From Parcubacteria group bacterium (GTDB lineage: Bacteria; Patescibacteriota; Minisyncoccia; Phycocordibacterales; Phycocordibacteraceae), in the NCBI GenBank assembly GCA_028286525.1, contig JAQBRL010000021.1, positions 1 through 53,719 of the forward strand: a stretch of DNA of 53,719 nucleotides, read 5' to 3'. Within the stretch, counting starts at the first letter, position 1, and every line of letters begins with the position of its first letter. The notes beneath the pieces are model-generated. The model was not told the origin of the DNA and ran no database searches. It saw only the letters and a list, made by a program, of their open reading frames with translations. Shown piece by piece: positions 46,153-53,719 of the stretch. Both the position numbers and the translations under genes were made by a program.

Positions 46153-46368
46153 ATGCGGAAATTCGCTGTCGTCACCATCGTCGCCTCCGTCTGCCTGATA
46201 GCGGGAGCGGGAACCGGGTTCGCGCTCGTGCGGTTGTCGCAGCCAGAGCCCACCGTCGCTGACATCATCTATTCGCGTCTCCACACCACCGGGTCTCAAA
46301 TGCAGCAGACTGTACCACAGACAAAGGACCCATATTGGTGGAATTCGCGTCACTGGCTTCCGGCGTAG
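46153..46368 (+). CDS. Small membrane/secreted protein
   Basis: GGGGAG RBS, N-terminal hydrophobic helix. Confidence 0.55.
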   Translation: MRKFAVVTIVASVCLIAGAGTGFALVRLSQPEPTVADIIYSRLHTTGSQMQQTVPQTKDPYWWNSRHWLPA

Positions 46369-46377
46369 GAGAGACTC

Positions 46378-46467
46378 ATGTTCCGTAAATATCCTGCGCT
46401 TCGGTTCTCTCTCATCGTTCTGGCGCTCCTGCTCGTCGCAATCGCTATCTGGCGATGGCCTCGGTAG
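46378..46467 (+). CDS. 29-aa single-TM peptide (not in ORF track)
   Basis: AGGAGAG RBS; MFRKYPALRFSLIVLALLLVAIAIWRWPR*. Confidence 0.5.
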   Translation: MFRKYPALRFSLIVLALLLVAIAIWRWPR

Positions 46468-46552
46468 ATCTGCACCATATACCAAGCGGCCGCGCCCCAT
46501 CCTGGGACGCGGCCTTGCTTTCTAGGGCCTAAACCCGTACTATACGGGAACT

Positions 46553-46885
46553 ATGGAATTCGCAGTTATAAAGACCGGAGGCAAGCAGTACGTGGTCGCC
46601 CCAGGCGATCTCGTCACTATCGAGAAGCTGGGTCGTGGCGCAGCCACCCTCGATCTCAAGAAAGGAGACCCTGTCACGTTCGAGGACGTGCTTCTTACGG
46701 ACGATGGAAAGGCGACGAACGTCGGCACCCCGATGATCTCAGGCGTGAAAGTCACCGCGACCGTTTTCTCGGTCGGACGCGCCAAGAAGGTGGAAGTCGT
46801 GAAGTACAAGGCGAAGAGCCGCTACCTCAAGCGCCGTGGCCACCGCCAACCGTTCGTGAAAGTGAAGATCGACGCAATCGCATAA
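46553..46885 (+). CDS. rplU: 50S ribosomal protein L21
   Basis: FAVIKTGGKQY, GHRQPF. Confidence 0.97.
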   Translation: MEFAVIKTGGKQYVVAPGDLVTIEKLGRGAATLDLKKGDPVTFEDVLLTDDGKATNVGTPMISGVKVTATVFSVGRAKKVEVVKYKAKSRYLKRRGHRQPFVKVKIDAIA

Positions 46886-46919
46886 AGAAAAGACCCGCCA
46901 GAAGGCGGGTCTTTTCTTT
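46884..46919. terminator. Bidirectional intrinsic terminator (rplU/recR)
   Basis: aaagaaaagacccgcc / ggcgggtcttttcttt inverted repeat. Confidence 0.85.
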
Positions 46920-47523
46920 ATGTTTCTTTTCGATTCTGAAGTGCGCTTGAGAGCGTCTGGGGGTCGGAGTATTCGAGCTCGCTGCCGGTTGCGAGCCCAC
47001 GTCCGAGCTGCGTAATACGGAGCGAGGCGCGCAACGGCTGCAGCAGCTCTCGCACACGGTCCGCCGTGTGTTCGCCTTCGTTGGTCGCCGAGAGGGCGAG
47101 CACGATTTCTACGAGACCATTCTTGCTTCTCGCTTCCACGACGCGAATGAGGTCGCGTTCGCGTATCGCTCCTTTGCCGGTGAGAGTGATGATGCCGCCC
47201 AGTATGAAGTAACGTCCTTTGTAGGCGTTCGCCCGCTCTACCGCGACCATATCCTGGTCCTTCTCCACGATCATCAGGAGCGCATCGTCCCTGCTCGTGT
47301 CGGCGCAGTAATTGCACAGGCTATCGCTATTGGTAGGGGCGAAGCGCATGCACATCGTGCACTGACGGATATCGTTGCCCAGCTTCGTTATGAGGTCGGC
47401 AAGGCGATTGCGGTCACCGGGAGCGGCAGAGAGAAGGTAGTACACGAAACGCCGCGCCTGGCGCGGACCGATGCCTGGGAAGCGCTCGAACGCTCGCCCC
47501 AATTCTTCGATACGATCGTGCAT
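46918..47523 (-). CDS. recR: Recombination mediator RecR
   Basis: FPGIGPRQARR, C4 zinc finger, TOPRIM, GSELEYSD. Confidence 0.95.
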   Translation of the reverse strand: MHDRIEELGRAFERFPGIGPRQARRFVYYLLSAAPGDRNRLADLITKLGNDIRQCTMCMRFAPTNSDSLCNYCADTSRDDALLMIVEKDQDMVAVERANAYKGRYFILGGIITLTGKGAIRERDLIRVVEARSKNGLVEIVLALSATNEGEHTADRVRELLQPLRASLRITQLGRGLATGSELEYSDPQTLSSALQNRKET

Positions 47524-47526
47524 ACG

Positions 47527-47775
47527 TTATGAAAAAAAGAATATGCGCACGAGCGCGGCGAGCGCAACGACACTCCAGATAACATTCAGCCAGAAAGGTT
47601 GGAAGTCGCGCTTAGCAAACGCAACTGCAACAATTCCAAGCGCGCCAGTCAGATTTAGTACTTGGTACCACGCACTTGCGCTCGAGAGGATGCCGAAGGA
47701 GACGAGTGCGTATGCTCCTAGTATGGCGAGCAAACCGTACCAACCGAATGCTTGGATGAAAGGATTCGATTCCAT
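47527..47775 (-). CDS. Small membrane protein (CBU_0592-like)
   Basis: GWYG...AYAL...YQVLNLTGA...LNVIW. Confidence 0.75.
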   Translation of the reverse strand: MESNPFIQAFGWYGLLAILGAYALVSFGILSSASAWYQVLNLTGALGIVAVAFAKRDFQPFWLNVIWSVVALAALVRIFFFS

Positions 47776-47776
47776 A

Positions 47777-49141
47777 CTAAAACTCGCCGGCGAGGTCGCC
47801 ATATCCCGACTTATCGACGGGCATGAAGGTGGCGCGCTTCTCGTCGAAGTAGAGGTCGCATTTACCGACGGGACCATTACGGTGCTTCTCCACGAGTATT
47901 TCGGCGATATTCGGCCGGTCGCTATCCGGATTGCGCTTATCGTCGCGGTGGATGAACATCACCACGTCCGCATCCTGCTCGATGGAACCGGAATCGCGAA
48001 GGTCAGAAAGACGCGGCTTGCCGCCACGCTGCTCCACGGCACGCGAGAGCTGCGAGAGGGCGATGACCGGCACCTCGAGCTCGCGCGCCAGATGCTTGAG
48101 CGAGCGGGATATCTCCGTGACCTGCTGCACCATCGATGCGTCCGCTTTGGTATTCGTAGGCGCCATGAGCTGGAGGTAGTCGACGATGATCATGCCGATA
48201 CCGCGCTCGCGCTTCAGCCGTCGTGCGACCGCGCGCATGGCGAGGATGTTATTACCAGGCTTATCGTCGATATAAATAGGCGCTTTCGAAAGGGTTTCGA
48301 GCGCGTCGCGTATCTTATTGAAATCATCCTCGGCATGTATGGCGCCCGTGCGCATCTTCCAGGAGTTCACGTTACTTTCGGCCGCGAGCATGCGGTCTAC
48401 CAGCTGCTCAGAGCTCATTTCGAGGGAGAATATACCGACCGGGACGTTGTGCTTCACGGCGGCGTTGCGCGCGATGTCGAGCGCGAGCGAAGTCTTACCT
48501 ACGGACGGCCGCGCCGCGAGTATGACGAGATCGGAGGGATGGAATCCCGACAGGAGATTGTCGAGGTCCGGGAAACCGGAAGGAACGCCGCGGATGCTTC
48601 CGTCCGACTTAGAGAGCGCCTCGATACGTTCCCACGCACCTTCGACTTTTTCTGAAATGGCAACGAACTTGTGCGAAGCGGACGAGTTGCCGATGGCCAT
48701 TATCTTCTTCTCCGCATCGTCGAGCAGCTGCACGACATCCTGCGCGTCATCGTATGCGGATTCCGTTATCTCATACGAAGTGTCGATCAAGGAACGCATG
48801 ATGTGCTTGCGCGAGACGAGGTCGGCGTAGTGTGCGAAGTTGCCGGGAGCAGGGGCGGACCCCGCAAGCTCCGCGATGTAGGCGCGGCCGCCCATGCGCT
48901 CGAGCGTGCCGTTATTCGTCAGGCGCTCGGAGAGGGAAAGGATGTCGATGGGTTCGCCGCGTTCCGAAAGCTCACGCATGGCTTCGAAGATGATGCGGTG
49001 CTTCTCGGCGTAGAACGAGTCGCCATGAATGGTGTCCGAGACGTCATGGATAGCGTCGGGCTTCAGGAGGAGGGCGCCCAGCAGCGCACGCTCGGAATCG
49101 AGGCTTTGCGGAGGAACGCGGACAGCAGTGGAGTCGGCCAT
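47777..49141 (-). CDS. dnaB: Replicative DNA helicase
   Basis: ARPSVGKT, VDYLQL, LSQLSR, DLRDSGSIEQDAD. Confidence 0.97.
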   Translation of the reverse strand: MADSTAVRVPPQSLDSERALLGALLLKPDAIHDVSDTIHGDSFYAEKHRIIFEAMRELSERGEPIDILSLSERLTNNGTLERMGGRAYIAELAGSAPAPGNFAHYADLVSRKHIMRSLIDTSYEITESAYDDAQDVVQLLDDAEKKIMAIGNSSASHKFVAISEKVEGAWERIEALSKSDGSIRGVPSGFPDLDNLLSGFHPSDLVILAARPSVGKTSLALDIARNAAVKHNVPVGIFSLEMSSEQLVDRMLAAESNVNSWKMRTGAIHAEDDFNKIRDALETLSKAPIYIDDKPGNNILAMRAVARRLKRERGIGMIIVDYLQLMAPTNTKADASMVQQVTEISRSLKHLARELEVPVIALSQLSRAVEQRGGKPRLSDLRDSGSIEQDADVVMFIHRDDKRNPDSDRPNIAEILVEKHRNGPVGKCDLYFDEKRATFMPVDKSGYGDLAGEF

Positions 49142-50601
49142 TACTCCCGATTGTACGACGCGCGAGAGGGAGTGACTACCGTGCCGGAAGGGCCGTCGTC
49201 CACACGATATCCCCTGTACTCGAGTTCTTCGCGGATCTCGTCCGAAAGCTTGTATTCCTTGGCTTGCCGCGCCTCGTCTCGACGCAGTATCAACACCTGC
49301 ACCTCCTGGGGCAGGTCTTCGGTGGCCACCGGTCCCTCCACTTCAGGAGGGTTCACGAGCGCGAGGCCGAATATCGCGTCCGCAGCGGTGAGCACGCCGA
49401 GCTTCTCGGCCGCACTCATTTCCTCGTCGCGGAGCGTCTCCCACAGGAGCGCGAGCGCTGCGGGGGTCGCGAGATCGTCACGCACTACCGCTACCATGCG
49501 CCGCGCGGCTTCGGAGTCGGTACTCTTCTCCTTGGCTTCGTCCATGACCTCGCACGAAAGCCTCCAGAGGCGCTGCAGCGCTTCATGCGCCGCGGCAATC
49601 GCTTCCCATGAGAAGGAGACGGGCGTACGGAAACTTGCCTGATAGTAGAAATAGCGCAGGGAGAGCGGATGGAAGCCGCGCGCAGTGATATCGGAAAGCA
49701 GTATCTCGTTGCCAAGGGATTTCGATATCTTCTCGCCTTCGATGGTGATAAAGGCTTCGTGGAGCCAGTAGCGTGCAAGGGGTCTTCCGGTCGCTACCTC
49801 CGACTGGGCTATTTCGTTGTTGTGATGCACGGGAATGTGGTCCATGCCGCCGGTGTGGATGTCTATCTCGCGCCCGAGGATGGCGCGTATCATCGCGGAG
49901 CATTCGATATGCCAGCCCGGATTGCCCGAGCCCCAGGGACTCGGCCACTGCTGCAGGTCGCCGGGCTTGGCTTTGCGCCAGAGCGCGAAGTCATGGAGAT
50001 TGCGCTTGCCGGCTCCTACTTTGATGCGTGCGCCGCCCATGAGCTTGACCTGCGCGATGCCGCCGAGCTTTCCGTAGTCCGGAAGCTTCGCGGTGTCGAA
50101 ATACACGCCGTCGCTGGCTTGATAGGCATACCCCTTCTCCTCGATGCTTTCTATCATCGCTATCTGCTCCTGGATATATTCGGATGCGCGGGGGAACAGG
50201 ATGTGATTCGTATCGATATTGAGCGACTTGATGTCCGTGAGGTACTGCTTGGTGTATCGGTTCGCGATCTCTGCAGGCGAGACCTGCTCGCGCTCGGCCC
50301 CCACTTTCATCTTGTCCTCGCCCTCGTCCCCGTCGCCCACGAGGTGCCCGACGTCCGTGATGTTGATGACGCGGCGTACATGGAAGTCAGCGGCCAGAAG
50401 CACGCGCGCAATGGTGTCGGCAAAAAGCGCGGCGCGCAGGTTCCCGATGTGCTGCGGCCCGTAGACCGTCGGGCCGCAGGAATACATCGACGCGACTCCC
50501 GGCTTCAGCGATACGAACAGGTCCTTCTTACCGGTCAGGGTATTGGTAAAGAAGATGGGAGCCGCGCTCGGCGGGACGACGGGTTTCTTGAACGGCCACA
50601 T
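49141..50601 (-). CDS. cysS: Cysteine--tRNA ligase
   Basis: CGPTVY..HIGN, PGWHIECSAM, KISKSLGN. Confidence 0.97.
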   Translation of the reverse strand: MWPFKKPVVPPSAAPIFFTNTLTGKKDLFVSLKPGVASMYSCGPTVYGPQHIGNLRAALFADTIARVLLAADFHVRRVINITDVGHLVGDGDEGEDKMKVGAEREQVSPAEIANRYTKQYLTDIKSLNIDTNHILFPRASEYIQEQIAMIESIEEKGYAYQASDGVYFDTAKLPDYGKLGGIAQVKLMGGARIKVGAGKRNLHDFALWRKAKPGDLQQWPSPWGSGNPGWHIECSAMIRAILGREIDIHTGGMDHIPVHHNNEIAQSEVATGRPLARYWLHEAFITIEGEKISKSLGNEILLSDITARGFHPLSLRYFYYQASFRTPVSFSWEAIAAAHEALQRLWRLSCEVMDEAKEKSTDSEAARRMVAVVRDDLATPAALALLWETLRDEEMSAAEKLGVLTAADAIFGLALVNPPEVEGPVATEDLPQEVQVLILRRDEARQAKEYKLSDEIREELEYRGYRVDDGPSGTVVTPSRASYNRE

Positions 50602-50638
50602 AATGAATGTACTTTACCATTTCATCCCGCGAGCGGCT

Positions 50639-51556
50639 CTAGAGCCACTTCCTGGATTTGAAGAACACGAATGCAGTAAGGCTTACCAGGAGCCCGAGAA
50701 CCACGATGATCCAAAAGGCGTGCGGATCTTCCTGGAAGGGAAGCGCGCGGAAGTTCATATTGAAAAGAGAGGAGAGCACGGTCATGGGGGTGACGAGGAA
50801 GGCCACGACCGTGAGCCGTTTGACGATCTCGTTCTGGGAGGCATTCAGGAGCGAGTCGTTCGTAGCGCGCAATTCGGTCGCGGCCGCTCGATACGAACGC
50901 ACGAGGTCGGCGACGTGCTCGCGTTCGCCCTCGATGTGCGCCGCATGCTCACTGAATTTCTTTCCGAAGAAGGCAGGCGCGGTCAGCCCTTGCAGGAATT
51001 GCGCGAGCGGCTCTTGATGGCGTGCGAGCGTGGTCTGGAAGCGCAGGAGCACGCGGCCCACGTCCGAAATGCCGTGGACCGTGTCGCGTTCCTTCCCGGC
51101 GAACATGTCGGTTTCGATGCGGTCGAGCACGCGCGCGGCATGCTCCATCTCTTCGCGTATCGCGCCGTACATACGGCGCATGAGACGTTCGAGCAGTTCG
51201 TCGGCATGCGCCGTGGCATGCGGAAGGCCGAGCAGCTCTTCGGCCTCGAAGACGCGGTGCAGGTTATGCAGGGTCTCGATTATCTCGTAGCGCGCGGTAA
51301 TGATGAAATGCTTGCCGACGATGAAATCGACTTCCTGCGTACGCGTGCCGCCCGCAGGGTCGGTAGTCGGGAAATGCAGTATCAAGTACTGATACTTGGG
51401 GAACGAGATGACGATGGGGTAGGGAGTGGGCGCGATTATCTCTTCCTCGATGCGTTCATCGATATTGAACTCGCGCATGACGCTATCGAGCTCCTCGTGC
51501 GACGGACTTTCGAGGTCCACCCACGTGATCTTTCCGCGCGTATGCCTCGTGACCAT
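50639..51556 (-). CDS. corA: CorA-family divalent cation transporter
   Basis: WVDL, NEIVKRLT, two C-terminal TM helices; signature loop reads NMN rather than GMN. Confidence 0.85.
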   Translation of the reverse strand: MVTRHTRGKITWVDLESPSHEELDSVMREFNIDERIEEEIIAPTPYPIVISFPKYQYLILHFPTTDPAGGTRTQEVDFIVGKHFIITARYEIIETLHNLHRVFEAEELLGLPHATAHADELLERLMRRMYGAIREEMEHAARVLDRIETDMFAGKERDTVHGISDVGRVLLRFQTTLARHQEPLAQFLQGLTAPAFFGKKFSEHAAHIEGEREHVADLVRSYRAAATELRATNDSLLNASQNEIVKRLTVVAFLVTPMTVLSSLFNMNFRALPFQEDPHAFWIIVVLGLLVSLTAFVFFKSRKWL

Positions 51557-51642
51557 TGCAGTAGTATACCGTCGCGCATGCGCGTACCGCGCGACTCGTT
51601 CCTCTATAAGTGGATAGAACGTGCGTGATATACTCCCGGGTA

Positions 51643-52908
51643 ATGGACGACGAATTGCAGATTCCCAAGGAGCGCACTCCGTTCGCGAGAACGGTGAAGC
51701 TCGGCATCGCGTTCGCGCTCGTGCTCGTCGTCGGGTTCGTGGGCGGCATGAGCGTGTCCGCTGCAGGCGGCACGAAGCTCCTCTCGAGCATCCCGCTCAT
51801 CGGCGACGGACTCGATGCCACGCCTTCGACCGATGCGAACTTCGAGGATTTCTGGAAAGTCTGGAATGCGCTGGGTAATCGCTTCGTCGAGACCCATGCC
51901 TCGAGCACGATACCGGATACCAAAGGCAAGATGTGGGGCGCGATACAGGGCCTCACGGCTTCCTATGGCGACCCGTACACCGTGTTCTTCCCGCCGACCC
52001 AGGCGAAAGCGTTCCAAGAAGAGGTGACCGGTAACTTCGGCGGCATTGGTGCCGAGCTGGGCGAGAGCAAGGACAACATCCTCACCATCATCGCGCCGCT
52101 CAAGGGCTCTCCGGCAGAGAAGGCGGGACTGCGCGCCGGTGATCTGGTCATCGCTATCGATGGTAAATCCACCGAAGGGCTTTCCACCGATGCGGCAGTG
52201 AGCAAGATACGCGGAACGGTAGGTACGGTCGTAAAGCTCACTATCGTACGGGACCAGAAGACGCAGGACATCAGCGTGACGCGCGATACGATCCAAGTGC
52301 CGACTATCGAGAATTCATACGACGCGAAGACCGGCGTGTACTACATCGCGCTCTACCAATTCACGGAGACGAGCGGCGCGCAGTTCGGCAAAGCCTTCAA
52401 GGAGTTCCAGGCGTCCGGCTCCAAGAAACTCATACTCGACCTACGCGGCGACCCGGGTGGCTACCTCGACCAAGCGACGCTCATCGCCGGGTACTTCCTT
52501 CCGAAGGGACAGACCGTCGTAACGGAAGACTATAAAGGGAAGCAGGAAAATATCGTGCATAAGAGCCCAGGGCAGGGCGGACTCCCCGCGGGCACGCAGA
52601 TAGCGGTACTCATCGACCAGGGCTCGGCCTCGGCAAGCGAGATCCTCGCAGGCGCGCTTCAGGACACGCACACGGCGACGCTCATCGGCACGCGCTCATT
52701 CGGCAAGGGTTCCGTACAGGAGCTCATCGATGTGGACGGCGGCTCGCTGAAGATTACGGTCGCGCGCTGGCTCACGCCGAACGGTCGCTCCATCAGCGAC
52801 GGTGGCCTTACCGCTGATATCAAGGCCGACCGTACCGCTGCTGATGCTGCTGCGGGGAAGGATCCTCAGAAGGACAGGGCCGTTCAGTTCCTCACCACCG
52901 GCAAATAA
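51643..52908 (+). CDS. S41 family carboxyl-terminal processing protease (PDZ)
   Basis: GDPYT, GGIG, LILDLRGDPGG, SASASEI, FGKGSVQ. Confidence 0.93.
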   Translation: MDDELQIPKERTPFARTVKLGIAFALVLVVGFVGGMSVSAAGGTKLLSSIPLIGDGLDATPSTDANFEDFWKVWNALGNRFVETHASSTIPDTKGKMWGAIQGLTASYGDPYTVFFPPTQAKAFQEEVTGNFGGIGAELGESKDNILTIIAPLKGSPAEKAGLRAGDLVIAIDGKSTEGLSTDAAVSKIRGTVGTVVKLTIVRDQKTQDISVTRDTIQVPTIENSYDAKTGVYYIALYQFTETSGAQFGKAFKEFQASGSKKLILDLRGDPGGYLDQATLIAGYFLPKGQTVVTEDYKGKQENIVHKSPGQGGLPAGTQIAVLIDQGSASASEILAGALQDTHTATLIGTRSFGKGSVQELIDVDGGSLKITVARWLTPNGRSISDGGLTADIKADRTAADAAAGKDPQKDRAVQFLTTGK

Positions 52909-52916
52909 AGGCGCTC

Positions 52917-53092
52917 GGGTGTTCGATTCGAGGGTACGCGTCGGCGGCCTGCGTGCCGCCGCACTCGCGCTCGTTCGCGCAACCGGCATGGGGACATGCC
53001 GGACCATGCTTGCGTCCCGCGCAGACGCAGGACGGCCCTACTCGAGGACGATAGAGCCGCTCACTGTGCGAGCCCCTCGAATCGAATCACCC
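52917..53092. ncRNA. Candidate multibranch structured RNA or MITE
   Basis: 18-bp closing stem gggtgttcgattcgaggg / ccctcgaatcgaatcaccc (one bulge) enclosing at least five hairpins. Confidence 0.55.
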
Positions 53093-53170
53093 TCGCTTAG
53101 GGTAAAGCGTTTTGAACGCACTCCGTGAAAAGTTGCGTATTTAAGGCCTAGAAGCTAGGATAGGGGAACT

Positions 53171-53596
53171 ATGAAAGTCGTACTGCTGAAAGACGTTCGC
53201 GATACGGGCCGCGCCCACTCGGTAATCGAGGTGGCGGACGGGCACGCCCTTAACTTTCTTATCCCTCGCAAGCTCGCCGTGCCTGCAACCGCCACGAACC
53301 TCAAATTCGCTGAGGGTAAGCAGAAACAGGTTGCCGACCGCCGTGAGCTCGACCGCTCGCTCGTGGCCGAGCGCATCGCTGCGCTTGCAGAAGGGAAGGT
53401 GACCATCACCAAGAAGGCGAACGAACAGGGACATCTTTATGACGGCGTGGACGCTGCAGAAATCGCTGAAGCAGCGCAGCTGCCGGAAGACGCTATCAAG
53501 CTCGAGAAGCCCATCAAGGAAATCGGTACCCATGAGGTAGCGGTTGCCATAGGGGAGGAGTTCGGCAAGATCACTGTCGAGATCGTCGCTGAATAA
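53171..53596 (+). CDS. rplI: 50S ribosomal protein L9
   Basis: MKVVLLKDV...VADGHALNFLIP, PIKEIGTH. Confidence 0.96.
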   Translation: MKVVLLKDVRDTGRAHSVIEVADGHALNFLIPRKLAVPATATNLKFAEGKQKQVADRRELDRSLVAERIAALAEGKVTITKKANEQGHLYDGVDAAEIAEAAQLPEDAIKLEKPIKEIGTHEVAVAIGEEFGKITVEIVAE

Positions 53597-53719
53597 AGTT
53601 CGGGCGAGGTATATCAAAAGGCCGCGCATCGCTGCGCGGCCTTCGACGATTTAGAACTTGCCTGGCGTGCGGGTCACCCATCCCCAGAACCGGATAGTCA
53701 TAAGCATGAGCGCGAACAC

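Noticed and set aside
18628..51628. Many long antisense ORFs (e.g. 18628-19872, 19802-20980, 31156-32466, 36132-37817, 47471-48655, 50543-51628)
   Set aside because: Shadows of clear housekeeping genes in GC-rich DNA, with no motifs.
53650..53719. Partial minus-strand ORF tail (VFALMLMTIRFWGWVTRTPGKF*)
   Set aside because: Too short at the window edge to identify.

Overview
A GC-rich bacterial chromosome segment, most likely Patescibacteria/CPR (Parcubacteria-like). This is inferred from the short ProS, the frr-rseP-proS-mreBC(D)-mrdA-greA and truncated mraZ-rsmH-ftsL-ftsI-murF gene order, tRNAs without encoded CCA, and a group I intron in tRNA-Asn. From about 15.7 kb onward the window is housekeeping, interleaved with single orphan genes that carry their own promoter and terminator. 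The first ~15 kb is accessory. The main discovery is an integrase-less array of single-gene cassettes (about 8.8-15.0 kb) accreted at the 3' end of tRNA-Asn(GTT). Seven copies of a ~40-bp repeat (gctccgctggctggaggatgttcgaacc-N6-gtataa) resemble the tRNA 3' end and separate promoter-ORF-terminator units. The copies decay with distance from the tRNA and vary like the coding tail 'LRWLEDVRTxxV*'. The tRNA itself is split by a group I intron encoding an HNH endonuclease. The window also carries proteins that look alphaproteobacterial (a Caulobacter-like DnaA, an RpoD-like sigma with altered DNA-reading residues, a PEPxxWA-CTERM protein, two OMP-like proteins) and several unannotated structured ncRNA candidates. 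No searches were run; family calls come from motif recognition.
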